Origin: Carcharhinus amblyrhynchos
Taxonomy: Eukaryota
Assembly (NCBI GenBank): GCA_965287045.1
Contig: OZ336881.1
Location: forward strand, 46,190,001 to 46,254,000
Length of the DNA stretch: 64,000 bases
Direction: 5' to 3'
A model generated the notes under the pieces. The model saw only the letters and a program-made list of their open reading frames with translations, ran no database searches and was not told where the DNA came from. Positions 1-12,854 of this stretch are shown one piece after another; within the stretch, counting starts at the first letter, position 1, and each line of letters opens with the position of its first letter. The position numbers and the translations under genes are program-made.

Positions 1-134
1 GCGGCCATTCCTGGGTCTCATTAAAGTGGCTATCTGCGCAGACGCGGGAATGGATCACACTAATGGCCACACATCTGACTTTATCATGTTTTCATAGCCG
101 AAAACAGGCACAACGCAATGGTAAAATCGGGCCC
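1..134. mobile_element. Right end of a GC-rich non-autonomous DNA transposon (Harbinger-like), cut by the window edge
   Basis: Colinear with 54045-54177; ends in TIR-like ATGGTAAAATCGGGCCC. Confidence 0.7.
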
Positions 135-2706
135 AGTATCCAATTTACTGAGAAACTGACTAGCGTACATCACTAAAACTTGCAAATTTTTCAATCTTTT
201 CCAAACTCAGTAATTGAAAATAAGGTTACTCACTGGTGGAAGACGAGACATTTTAAAAGTGCACCTTTTGTGTGATAACGTATTTTCAGTTCTATTAATA
301 AAATTGCACCAATTTACCATTCGAAATACATCAATAAAATGATATTTTAGCGCAAAGTGGAAGATATGATTAGGTGCTGTTATGCTGACTGCTTGTGCTA
401 GTTCACGGAAAATTTTACACAAATCCATTTTAGTGGAGTGTAACCTGACCAGTGCAATTCTGAGCACAATTCGCACCCAATTTCCTGATTCCAGCCAATG
501 GTGGAAACTCTACTTCCCACTATATATCCAATTTAAGGCAAATAAGTTCAACCTTGATATATACTAAGAATTGTCCCTTGGAGTTTAAAAAAATATGATT
601 TAAGATGGTTTTGGGATATTCAATTTGTTGTAAAGAATTTGAAGTGTGTGGGAAGTGCATTTTTTTCTAATTGCATTTCAAGGCTTTTTGCTTTTCAAAT
701 TGACTTAACCTTTTCACTAAATAGGGTCACAAGAACATTTTGCACAAAGCCCCTAAAATCACAATGACCACTTTTATATGAAGAACATTTAAAATGGTTC
801 ATACATGCTTTTTATTTCTTTGATAAAGATCTTTTCAGCTGCAGCAAACATATTGAACCATTATTTTTAAGAAAGTGATTTAAAATAATGCACCTGCTTA
901 AACTGATACTGTTAATCTCGTGACTTTATTGCAGGATTGATGATGGTGAAGGTGATAGAAAAAAATAAGCAATTCAAGTCAGTGTTTGATTTGAGTGGGT
1001 GTTCACTGAAGAAATGGAGTTGGTCTATGAAGATAGACTCAAAGCCTGAGATGATTAGCTCATGCTTAAAAAGCTACCTTGTTATTCCATGTTGTTCATT
1101 ATTCAGTTTCAACTGAAGCTAAAACTTAGGTATAAGCAAAAATGTAACTGTAGATCTGCTACGCAACATGTTCAAACTCGGCCATCAGGTGTGAGGGAAG
1201 ATTAAAGCCTGTGAGCATTTCTGCCTCAAACTGGCATACAGAAATGCATTTATTATTCCAAGAATATGTGAGACATTTCCCCTGTGAAAACATGTGATAT
1301 AAAAAGCATGTTATAGGGAATGAAATGTAATAAAGGATGTGATCTTCAACCTCTCCTGTACAGAGTGAGCTGTAATCAGTATGTGTGAAATTGGACTTAA
1401 GATATTACAGGGTGTTGTAAGTGGAGGTCTAGTAATCTATGAATTGAGGATTTTCAATTACTTTGTACCAGTTTTACATTTTATTTCATAGTCTTCAAAA
1501 CTTTTACAATATATCATTTCATGTGTGATAACATTTTGAATGTAAAATAAGTGGATTAATATAGAGGGGATGAAATAAGATCAAGAACAAAATATATACG
1601 TGGTTAACAAAGCTGGTAATTGGACAAGAATCAGGTATGAGTGTATAAACTTAAAACGATACTCCTCTGGTTATTCATAACATGTGCATTTCCCGAAAAG
1701 TAATTAATGCACTGCCAAATGTGAAGATCTGAAATCCTGATGTCTAAAAAGGATGTCATTTATGTAATAGTTTTGGATCTTGCACTGTTGTGATCATTGG
1801 ATGGAAGGTGAAATTCTGAGGTGTACACTCAAGTGGTAGAAATTGTGTGACAAAATTCTAGCCCCACTATTAAAGCTTTATTTGATTCTGTTATGGTAGA
1901 AAATGCAGCAAATATAAGCAAAGTTGCACGAGTCATCTCAAAGCAGCATCAAAAGATTGACATCAGATTAAGCTTTCATTCAGCATTAGCTAATATTCTG
2001 ATAATAGTGATATCTAATATAGCCATCTTTCTCTTTTAAGTTTTGTAGAGGTTTATGAGCAGATGAGAATTTTGCTAAAGTCTTCAAAGCTTTTGTATAA
2101 ATTGTATTTTAAGTGCAAGTTTTGAAGTTTCTTGTGCTGTATCACCACCTGCAGACCATTCAATCATTCTGTGAGCTTTCATCTTAATGACATCCACTAT
2201 ATCATTTTCTGATACCTACTTGATAAATTGAAGCAGTGACATGCAGTTTGATTTTCAATGGCAGCCTTCTCTGAGTCAGCTAGAGGAATATAGAACTGTC
2301 CAGATGATTCTGCGACTGGAAGAATTAATTTAGAACAAATATTTACACATTAGGTTCAATGGCTTTACTGTAATTTAAAAAAAAGGTTGTTGTCCAGTGC
2401 CAATAGGTCTTTAATTAATAACTATTCCTGACTGAAAGTGAGGGTTGAAACATTAGATAATTCTTTTATGATTGCAGTGTTTTTGATGGTTCTGGCAAAT
2501 GACATCAAAAGTACTTCTTGTCCCACAATTTACTTTTCTTCCCCATGCTGCATGTCATTTTAGGAGCAGTAGATTGTATTGATAATCTGATGCTAGTTCT
2601 GTGTCAGTGTTGTTTTTGAACCAAATACTACCTGAATTGTGAGAATAATGAAAGTTTCTTCCCCCTCGAATTTCCTTTACTTCCTTTGGAATGTCTCTTT
2701 GTTGTT

Positions 2707-2911
2707 TGGGGAATTCTCCTGCCGTTCATACCAGTGGGATTCTCTGGTCTCACTGGCAGCACACCACCTTCTCGCACATTTTGTGGGGGCATGGGTGACA
2801 TCAATGGAAATCCCATTGACAGTGATGGGACCAGAAAATCCCATCGCCAGTGAACAGCATACCACCTCCTGGTGCCAAGAAATACATGGCTGGGAGATTG
2901 GAAAATTTTCC
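2707..2911. mobile_element. Short MITE of the GGG-TIR family
   Basis: GGGGAATTCTCC...GGAAAATTTTCC ends; internal CCATTGAC motif shared with 51081-51206. Confidence 0.55.
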
Positions 2912-3390
2912 TTGTGTTCTGCTGACAGGAGGTAAGGAAGAGTAGTTGAGATGGATTCCCATTCCATTAATCATTATTTTTAATCTTTGGAGTAGCATTC
3001 CTCATAACAATTTTCAACTGATTTGTTCACTTTTACTTCAAAGAAATCAGCACTGCAGGAAATAATTATTCATTGCTTTTGGAACTTAAGAAATGTGAAC
3101 ACCTGATTAGTTCCATACCAGTAACATACATTTTCAATATTGAAACAACACAAATTTAGAAAAGTAACAAGAACTGTTGTTACAATCACTCCATTTAAAA
3201 ATGGTTGTATAAAAGTGTGGACTAAGTGGTGGTGCACTGATATTGTCACTAAGCTAGTAACCCAGAGACCTGGTCAAGGTTCAACCCAAGTGGTGCAAGT
3301 TTGAATCCAATAGCTAAACAAGAGGTGGTCTGGTGGTACGGTGGTTAGGAATGTTCGTTTTGTGGTGACTTTCTTTCTGTATGGTTTATT

Positions 3391-3945
3391 TATGAGACTC
3401 TTGTCAGACCCCACTTGGAGTACTGTGCACAGTTCTGGTCGCCTCACTACAGGAAGGATGTGGAAGCTATTGAGAGGATGCAGAGGAGATTTACAAGGAT
3501 GTTGCCTGGATTGGAAGGCATGCCTTATGAAGATAGATTGAGGGAGCTAGGTCTCTTCTCCCTGGAGAGACGAAGGTTGAGAGGCGACCTGATAGAGGTT
3601 TATAAAATGTTGAGATGAATAGATAGGGTGGATTCTCGGAGACTATTTCCCAGGGCTGAAATGGCCTCTACGAGAGGACACAGGTTTAAGGTGCCGGGGA
3701 GCAAGTACAGAGGAGATGTTAGGGGTAAGTTTTTCACTCAGAGGGTGGTGAGTGAGTGGAATCAGCTGCCGTCGGTGTGGTAGAGGTGAACTCGCTGGGG
3801 TCTTTTAAAAGACTTCTGGATGAGAACATGGGATTTAATGGGATCGGGAGTTACAGATAGTTCTATGGCCTGGTAGGTATGGATATGATCGGCGCAACAT
3901 GTGGGCCGAAGGGCCTGTTTGTTCTGTAGTGTTCTATGTTCTATG
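3391..3945 (+). mobile_element. CR1/HER1-like LINE, 5'-truncated, relatively young
   Basis: ORF 3415-3618 [32 protein letters not shown]...[15 protein letters not shown] is a CR1 ORF2 C-terminus; (GTTCTAT)n tail. Confidence 0.95.
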
Positions 3946-4107
3946 GTGGCCTGAAGATGATATGATGGTTCATACTTGAGTGAATCTAAAGTAGGTGCGG
4001 GACTTCTGTTGAATGGGGAGTTTGGGCTGTGCTCAATGATACCACAGTCAGATCCAATCACAGAAAGCTCAGCCAGGAAGGGAATGTGCTAGCTCCTCCT
4101 TCTCTTA

Positions 4108-4378
4108 CTGGTTAGCACTGCTGCCTCAGAGCATCAGGCACCCAGGTTCAATTCCAGCCTGTGTGTGTGGACTTTGTACGTTTTCCCCATGTCTGCATGG
4201 TTTTCCTTCAGGTGCTCTGGTTTCCTCCCACAGTCCAGAGAGTGCAGGTCAGGTGGATTGGCCATGGCCAATTGCCCTTTAGTAGGGTAAATACGTGGAG
4301 TTACAAGGATTCGGGTAACCTGCTCTGTCGGAGAGTCAATAAGCAAAGGTCGTCTTCTACACTGTAGGGATTCCATGA
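4108..4378 (+). mobile_element. HE1-like V-SINE with CR1-type tail
   Basis: tRNA-like head (TGGTTAGCACTGCTGCCTCA...GGTTCAATTCC), V-domain (GGTTTCCTCCCACAGTCC), tail CACTGTAGGGATTCCATG. Confidence 0.9.
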
Positions 4379-5304
4379 ACATGGAAATTAACATAGATTT
4401 AATTCTGTGTGTTGAGTAAAACTTTATGCTGGCCTGAATATTTTGATTGCAGTGCGTTATAATACTAGCCCCCCATTAGACTATTCTAGATCACATATAT
4501 TCTTCTGATGATCGCTCCCAATCAAGGTTGAGAAAGACAGGCCTCACAGACAATTAAATAACTCTGACGGACTGATGCAACACCCTCTGCACATGTTTTA
4601 GCCAAATTATAGTAACTGGATATTACAAGGATCCAGGCATCTCTCCTCAACAATGTACCTCTCCACTGAACAGTATATGGTGATGTGTTCTTGAGTTTGG
4701 ACACAGAAGACTGTACAAAACAATACGCTTTCCAAATTATATGAACTTTTCTTAAAGAACCATGCAATTCACATTTGAAGTTAATTGCAACATTGAAAGT
4801 TTTCAGAAAGTAATGTATAATCTTGTTTCTATTCTTAAGTTTAAATAATGTCACAGAATAATATTTAAGATATCCATCAATATTTATAGTGGTTACCTAA
4901 ATTCCCAGATTAGAAAGCCACAGTGCCTAGCAAGATACCTTAATCCCAATTAAGGGGAGAACCATTATCACTGTGCTTCAGCAACTATATCTTTACCTGA
5001 GACACCTAGAGAATCCAACAAATCTAAAAATCCTACTGTATGGTTCCAATATTTATACCATAAATGAGTTGAAGCAGCAGGAAGAATGTTGAGTACACGT
5101 GCTAGACAACATCCTTTATTTCAGTCAACATCCTTTACTTTAATCAACATCCCTCAAATAAACAGAATACTGGGAGGTGCAGTTTGTGGTCAGTTTCTTG
5201 TTACACTCAGTTTCCAGGATTCAGCTGACAAATTATTTAGGGGCCAAAAGAGAAAATTCTGGAAAAATTCAGCAGGTCTGGCAGCATCTGTAAGGAGAAG
5301 AAAG

Positions 5305-5343
5305 AGCTGACGTTTCGAGTTCAGATGACCCTTTGTCAAAGCT
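5305..5343 (-). ncRNA. Minimal type I hammerhead ribozyme motif, U3-A8 core variant
   Basis: Minus strand reads AGCU-UUGACAA-A-GGGU(CAUCUGA)ACUC-GAAA-CG-UC^-AGCU: stem I, core, stem II, GAAA and GUC cleavage triplet. Confidence 0.65.
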
Positions 5344-5356
5344 TTTACAAAGGGTC

Positions 5357-5395
5357 AGCTTTGACAAAGGGTCGTCTGGAATTGAAACATCGGCT
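5357..5395 (+). ncRNA. Second, more degenerate hammerhead motif
   Basis: AGCU-UUGACAA-A-GGGU(CGUCUGG)AAUU-GAAA-CA-UC-GGCU; stem II is weakened. Confidence 0.45.
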
Positions 5396-5908
5396 CTTTT
5401 CTCTCCTTGCAGACGCTGCCTGATCTGCTGAGATTTTCCAGCATTTTCTGTTTGCGTTTCAGATTCCAGCATACGCAGTAATTTGCTTTTATTAAGTTTG
5501 GTAGGGGCTTTCTTAAGGTTATCAATTGTTAGATTGTGCTATTTTACAATTTGTCAATGCCTTGCCAATGTGCTTTAGAAGTCAGTTCCTGTTTTTTCTC
5601 AGTAATTGCCTTGTGTTGGAGGATATACTATGTCCTGTGTTATAGGATGTTAATGTCCTTGAGCACACACTTATGCCAAAGCATTTTTATAAACTTTTAA
5701 CCCTTTACCTAGCAGATCAACTCTGCTTTTAATTTTTAATCCCTGCTTCATAAAAGAATCATTTTTTAATCTGATAACTTGTTATTATAGCAGGATTCTC
5801 TTTTAATTACTTATTTATAGCAGCATTTCTTCACATGATGCAACTCATCTTATTACTTCAGTGCACAATGGAAAAATGCAATGAAAGATTACTTATGAAA
5901 GGGTCATA

Positions 5909-6377
5909 ACAGGATTTGAGATCTCAGTTTGAGGTCTTTCCCATCTCTCCCACCAGTGACCAAATCAGGTTCACATCCAGTGAGGGAGTGGATCTGATTA
6001 CCATGAAATTAACAAAATTTTGGGATAATTACACAGCTTAATGTCATTGTTCCTGGGAACATTGCATGTTGCTCCCTCGCCAGTGTGATGTCACACTGGT
6101 GAGAATCACTACTGGACTCCAGCAGTCGAGCTGTTCACAATTTGGGTGTAGGTGCCAGTGTAGCCTTCAGCTGATCAGCAACATGGCCAGTGGGCTGGGG
6201 CAGTGTCTTTAGGAACCCCATTGTTGGGGATCCCAATATGTGGCAGGGCGACGATAGGGAGCATGGTGATGGGGGGAGGTAATGCATTAACGGATGGATT
6301 GGGGGAAGGGGGGCACTGATACTGGTGAGGTTGGATGGATGCTGCAGGGAGTTTGATGGCCCAATGACTTGATGCCA

Positions 6378-6424
<47 letters not shown>

Positions 6425-6912
6425 GGGGTCACCCTGATACCTGTTTGGTGCGAGGTTGGTGCAGTGATCCAAATAGTTTATGGCTGGGGGATGTTGTCTC
6501 CCTGGTCAAAGGTTGGGAGTCTTTCCCTTATCTGTGGAAGGTTGTGATGTCAGTGTGGTAGTGGGGAGGTGGGCCTGCCACTTTACTTTGGTTGGAATGC
6601 AGATTAAAAAGGACTCTCTGTGGAGCTGGCCTTTTAGGGCCTGCTCTGCCAGACTGCCAGTGCAAAACACACTTCTCTGCTTCTTTTCAGCGTCAAAAGA
6701 TCTTGGATGGGATTTTCTGGCCATGCTTGCCCTGAAACTGGAAAATCCTGCCCGAGGTCCATGGTCCATCCCTTGCCTGTTGTGATTTCTGTGGCAGGTG
6801 GAGCGAGAAGTTGTCTCCGTTGAGCAAAAACCTAGTAGTGTTTTCAGGGAGAACTACGTCAGTTTTCAGTTAGAACCTGACACTGCCATTTTTCTTTTTG
6901 AAAATTCCACCC
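5909..6912. mobile_element. GC-rich non-autonomous DNA element (GGG-TIR family)
   Basis: GC-rich block in AT-rich background ending GAAAATTCCACCC; G-tract core similar to 44138-44732. Confidence 0.55.
6382..6417. repeat. (GT)18 microsatellite
   Basis: Perfect dinucleotide run. Confidence 0.97.
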
Positions 6913-6959
6913 TATATATCACATATGTTATATATTATGTATATATTATATATATCAAT

Positions 6960-7680
6960 GGGCAATAATTTAGTGGTTAGTTGGTCCTTTGTAAATTACC
7001 CTTCAGCTCAAAAATGTTTTGCCTTGTTATTTGCTGCAAGCACAAACTGATAACAGCAAGGTGAGGACAACGGGGCATTTGGGACCTTGCAGAAAAACAG
7101 GACTAACAGTACACCTCCTTCACCAAAGTGATTAACGGACTAAAATATAAACAGAGAAAGGGCTGAGAGGGAAGGTGAATTCGAGTGAGTTAATTCAATG
7201 TCAAATCAGGCACAGGAAGAAAAATAAGAGGTCAGAACGTTTTGATCAAGAGAAATAAAAGAGACAGAAAGAAAATGTAAGTAATTTGAACATGATTTAA
7301 ATTTTAAATGACATTTTCAATCTCTCAAAACCCAATTTACTATCTGAAGGAGTGAGGTTCCATTCTTCGACTTTTCATTTTCTGCACCAAAGTGGTTGAT
7401 TGGTGGTTATGAATGATTATCACTACTTTAAAACAATACAAGGGCTACTTGTTATTAGACTTAACTTTGAGCTTGATGAGAAATTAATGTGGAAATGCAG
7501 CAACTTCGATGAATCTCATGAAAGCATGACAGCATTTTTGTAAAATTCACAAATTGGCAGATGAATCAGTTGATTTGTAATTCATTGGGCATTTTTGCCT
7601 TGCTAACAGCCAGTCAATTTGCACAGTAATAATGGTGTGCATTGTTCACACAACATTATTTTTTCAGAAAATTCCAACCA
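6960..7680. mobile_element. Old AT-richer GGG-TIR element
   Basis: GGGCAATAATTT...AAAATTCCAACC(A) ends flanked by AAT/AAT. Confidence 0.4.
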
Positions 7681-9060
7681 AATGTTTTATTTATAGCCAA
7701 TGCTGGTTACTCACAAAGCCCTCTTTCTCTTTTTGTCAGAATTTGATAATTCTGGACCATTCTTCTATCCTTTTAATGGGTTAAATTGAGAAATTTCTTC
7801 TGAATGCAGTGATGCAGCATTAAACCAGAGGCCTATCTTCAATTGGAAATGTACATTGATTTCTGATCCACTGGAAAATAATAGAAGTTCTCACTCTTTT
7901 GCTTGCCAAATTTGCATAGCAGTCTGACATGGTGGTTCTTTGAATGGCATGGATAAATGAGCAGAAAACTGCCCACAACTAATTGCTAATTACCAAAGAA
8001 TTAGTAAAATCCCTCACATCACTGAATAGATTTCTACTTATTCTGGAATGAATAAGGGTTGTTATTTTCTGCTTATTTATTAAGGGCTGCTAGAATGGCC
8101 TTGATGGTCAAATTATATCCTCTGACAAAGTAAAAGAACTAAGGATCCTACTACAGCCTTGAGCGAAAGACATTGAGCGATTAAAAGCCCATCCCACCTC
8201 TACAAAATAGTGCAGTTGCAATAAAGCTTGAATATTTTTGAATGCTCAGCTTACCTGATTTGAAGAGAGAATGGTCTGCATAGCATTCTATAAGCACAAC
8301 ATTATAGCAACATACATGTATCTGTCAATCTGTTATATTTCTGCCTTGGGGAAATTCCTATCTCAAGTCTCTTGCACAAGATTCCAGAGAAGAGTAACTC
8401 ATGAGGATTGCCTGAAAGCTCAAACATCCATTAGTCTGTTGAAACAGTTGTTCCCCAGGAAAAACATTGTTTGATTGATCACATTTCACAATCTTTATCA
8501 GCACAGAATGAAGAGGTTTCAAGTGTTTGCAGTTTCTGTGATTCAGACTTTAAAGGGCCTAGATTATTGAAACTTCTATAGAGCTGTAGCAAAAGGATAT
8601 TTCTTAAAGTTCTGAATGAATCACTTTATTAAAGCTTTTTCAAACAACCCATTGTTACTATATAGTTTATTGACCCTATACAGAGCATGGAACTTTCTGT
8701 ATTTTGCAGTGTCACAACGAGTAGACAAACTGGCATGGAAGATGCTAGCCTCAAGGGGAGCTTCCTTTGCTATATTTTTGGGCACTTAGCAAAAACAAGG
8801 GAAGGGGAGGGTCCCATAACATGACTCACCCCTGGGTCTGCCCCACCAACAAGTTAGTTTTTAAGGGATTGAGGTAGCCAAAAATAAGACCCCCCTCCCC
8901 CAGAAGACCCCCCCCCCCACCTCCATGGAAAGCCACCCCCCCCACTACAACACCCATATAACATTCCGTATCCTGCATGGAACACTCCTCTGGCACTTTT
9001 CCCGGCAGTGTTAGGCACTGCCCCAGCACTTCTGTGCCCAAAGCATTTTCAATAGCACCT

Positions 9061-9117
9061 TCAGATTAAAGTCCAACAGGCTTATTTGGAATCACGACCT
9101 TTTAGAGAGCTGCTTCA
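9061..9117 (-). mobile_element. Penelope-like 3' terminal fragment
   Basis: TTAAAGTCCAACAGGCTTATTTG matches the arm at 26389-26411. Confidence 0.6.
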
Positions 9118-9124
9118 GAGGAGA

Positions 9125-9235
9125 AGGGTGGCACATTCAAAGACCATCACTGCAAGTGCCCCTCCAAGCCACAAACCATCCTGACTTGGAACGAGGTTGC
9201 TATTCCTTCACTGTCACTGAGTCGAAAACATGGTT
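9125..9235 (+). mobile_element. Fragment of a second CR1/L2-group LINE family (LINE-B)
   Basis: Reverse complement of 56400-56475 (CCATCCTGACTTGGAA...CCTTCACTGTC). Confidence 0.65.
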
Positions 9236-10254
9236 GCGCCTAAACATCAGCAGAGTAAATTTTATCATGTATCTGAAGAATACAGGGAATTAAGCATGAA
9301 AAGGTACTTTGCCACCCAGCTTCTTCCAATGGGCCATTTCCATTAGGCGCTGCCAGGGAATATGTACAATTTTAATTCTTCAGGAGTTGGGAAATAAACA
9401 TAAATAAAATTTCCTGGAGAGAATCTGGATTTCCTGTCTGACCTCTATTAACAATTGCTCTAATTAAGCACAAACACAAAAACATCTTGTGTTGCAGCAT
9501 CCACTCGAATCCATATCTTAAGATAAAAAAAAACATAAAATGTTATTCAACCAGTTGATCATTTAAAAAATGGCAAATTTTAAATTGTATGCATCTGACA
9601 TAGCAAACCAACATAGGTCAACAAGGACTGGATTGATTAGTGATAAGGAAAATATTGGAATAGGCTGGAGGTGATTAACATATGATGAGAACTTTAACAG
9701 CTGACACACTGAGGTCGAGGCAATAATTTGAAACTATACTTTAATGGTTAACCTTTATCTATTAGAGAAATTAATTTCAGAGGAGAAGTTTCACTCCTTG
9801 GTCGCTGCAGGATGTCTACTAATTCCAGTTAAAAGATATTGAAATGTTAATAGCAAATTCTAATTCATTATGTTGTAAGAAGAGTATTTGTCAGTCAATT
9901 ACTTTCACTTGGAATCTACTTAAACTGTAAAGATGTAACATTCAAGGACTTTGACTTCCTTCACAGTGTGATACACCAGATGCAATTGATCGTTTCTATC
10001 ACCCCCTTCAAATGACAAAAATATTTTGTATCTAAGAATAATTCTTTTCATTTTCATTCTTTGAAAATTCTTATCTTTCCAAATTGAATCTTTATTGGAA
10101 TAAACTTTGGGTCTTTCTTTTTAAAGATGGTAAATCAAGCATTGCTGATTACTTTCTACATCCAGATAATTTTAATTGAAGCTCTCCCTGAAAATTAGGC
10201 GGAGGCTAGTAGGAGCATTATAATTCTTGCTAAATCAAATTAACAACAATACAA

Positions 10255-11490
10255 TGGCAGATGAATTTATGCAGTGTGTCAGAGAGTCTTTTTTTAGACC
10301 AGTACGTTGAAGAAGCAACCAGGGAACATGCTATTCTTGATTTAGTATTAAGCAATGAGAAAGGGTTAATAAATAATTTTGTCACGCTGGGACTTTTAGG
10401 GAACAATAACTGTAACATGATAGAATTCTTCATTAAGATGGAAAGTGAAGAAATCCAATCTGAAGCTAGGGTCCTAACTCTAAGCAAGGGAAACAACAAA
10501 GGTATGAGATGTGACTTGACTAAGATGAATTGGGGAACTTCAATGGGGAACAGGTGATGACTAGTGGGATCCTGCAGAGATCAGTGCTTGGATCCCAGCT
10601 ATTCACAATGTACATCAATGATTTGGATGAGGGAACAAAACACAAAACTTAGTGGAAAGGAGGATGTTAAGAGGCTTCAAGGTGAATTCGACAGGTTGAG
10701 TGAGAGGGCAAGTACATGGCAGTTGCAGTATAACATAGACAAATGTGAAATTAGCTACTTCAGACAAAAAAAATCGAATGGCAAAGTATTATTTAAATGG
10801 TGGTAGATTGAGAAATGTTGATGTACAAAGGAACCTGGGTGTCCTCATACAACAGTCACTGAAAGCAAGCATGCAGGTACAGCAAGTAGCTAGCAAGGCA
10901 AATGATATATTGACCTGCATTGGAAGATGACTTGAGTATAGTAGCAAGAATGTTTTACTGTAGCTGTGCAGGGCCTTATTGAGATCATACCTGGAGTGTT
11001 GTCTGCCATTTTGGTCTCCTCTTATTGAAGAAAAGATATATTTGCTATGCAAAGAAGCAGTGAAGTTTTATCAGACTGATTCCTGGGATGGCAGGATTGT
11101 CATATGAAGAGGGATTGGGTCATCTGGGACTTTATTCACTGGAATTTAGAAGAATAAGAAGAGAATCTAATTGAAACATATAAAGCCTTGCATCCAGTCT
11201 CATCAGCCCTGTCACAAATGTTGTTTCCTCTGGCTGGAGGGACTAGAACAAGGGATCACAGCCTCAGGATACAGGGTAGGCCATTTAGGACTGAGATGAG
11301 GAGAACTTTCTTCACTCTGAGGGTAGTGAACCTGTGAAATTCTCTACCACAGAAGGCTGTGAGGCTAAATTACGGAATATAATTAAGGAAATCAAGGGGT
11401 ATAGGGAGAGTGCTGGAATATGGCATTATGAATGGTGGAGCAGGCTCGAAGTCTGAATGACTTATTCCTGATCCTATTTTTGACATCTAT
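10255..11490 (+). mobile_element. CR1 LINE ORF2 remnant with internal deletions and 3' UTR
   Basis: Peptides FLDQYVEEATREHAILDLVL (endonuclease end), LQGEFDRLSE...YNIDKC and QRNLGVL (RT end); stops and frameshifts. Confidence 0.92.
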
Positions 11491-11851
11491 ATTCAAATTT
11501 GTTCTTCGTTGACTAAAAGTATGCGTTAGAAAATTAGATATTTCAGTTTGCTTTTCAATTCCAGCTGCACATTTTTGTAAATAAAGTTCCCTTGCAAAAA
11601 TTAAACTTTGAAATAAATTTGAATATGCTGTTAAATGTTCTTTTCGACATCTTGCTTATGATTTGCATATTTGTAAATGTGAATGTACACTTTCTCTTTG
11701 TGCTGTGCTTTTGTTGGTGATAACAAAGTCAATAAGTTGAGAATGTACAAAGCACAGAATAAGTCTCTAAATTTGCACCAGAAGTGTCTATAATGTGAGG
11801 TCTGTGTTTCACAGCCTTGTTATGTTTGATATTTCAACATAGACGGCAATT

Positions 11852-12285
11852 CAAAGAACAAAGAAAATTACAGCACAGCAACAGACCTTTTGGCCCTCCA
11901 AATGTGTATCAACCATGCTGCCCAACTGTACTATAACCCCCTTCCAGGGTCCACATCCCTCTATTCTCATCCTGTAATTTATTTGTCCAGATGCCCTTTA
12001 AAATTCACTATTATATCTGTTTCTACCACCTCCCCCAGCAGTGAGTTCCAGGCATCCCTACTCTTGGTGCAAAAAACTTGCCTTGTACATCTCCTTTAAA
12101 CCTTGCCCCTCGCACCTTAAACTTATGCCCTTTATAATTGACTCTTCCACTCCGGGAAAAAGCTTCTGACTGTCCACTCTGTCCATGTCCCTCATAATCT
12201 TGTAGAATTCTATTAGGTTACCCCTCAACCTTCCTCGTTCCAGTGAGAACAAACCAAGTTTCTCCAACCTCTCCTCATAGCTAAA
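11852..12285 (-). mobile_element. CR1 LINE 3' fragment
   Basis: ORF 12058-12297 [31 protein letters not shown]; TTCTTTG-type tail. Confidence 0.92.
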
Positions 12286-12854
12286 ATTCTGCTGCATAAA
12301 ATTGCTTTCTGCATTAAAATGTACATTTAGCCTTTCAACTGTAAGCCTGTACCAATGCTTGAATAATCAATAGGAAGATAGAAGTCCCTTTTACTTTTCA
12401 CATTTCTTCATGCTCCTCAGAAGACTGCTGATCTGGCCTGTGAAAATCCCCATCCCAGTGATTGATTTTTGCTCCTTATCAAAAGTCGTTACATGTATAT
12501 TCTTCTGAATGGTAATGGTGTTGTCCATGAAAATTTTCAACAAAGTCATTGATTTCTGTGACTAATGTTCTATTTGTTGGAATCAGTCTCGACATTTAAA
12601 ATTTTCACAGGCCACTAGTTTACAGGAAATTATACTGAAATGTTGACTAGTGAGAAAGGAACTTCAATCGACTAGCATTATCACTCTATGGTGAATCAGA
12701 GGGATTATGTTAAAAATCTAAAATAACAACAGAAAATGTATAAAAAGCCATTCAGTAACTGAAAAGAAACAACAGGTTAACATCACTTCAATAACTGTTT
12801 ATTTTTTAACTCAAGTTTCAGTAAATGTAATTGAAAAGATTTTCTGCATGACAT

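Larger units (their letters stand above)
5245..5492. mobile_element. Palindromic mini-element, probably Penelope-derived, with two hammerhead motifs
   Basis: About 100-bp inverted arms (5245-5343 / 5357-5453) plus a short unique tail; each arm holds a hammerhead-like core. Confidence 0.75.

Noticed and set aside
4108-4160. tRNA-like A/B boxes at SINE heads, here and in all V-SINE and SINE-B copies
   Set aside because: They continue into SINE bodies and lack a complete cloverleaf, so they are not tRNA genes.
6175-6472. His/Thr-repeat ORFs
   Set aside because: Translation of the (GT)18 microsatellite.
8250-8300. Possible 33-nt minus-strand micro-exon (TAG...CAG/GTAAGC)
   Set aside because: Weak pyrimidine tract, unrecognised peptide and no partner exons; expected by chance in 64 kb.
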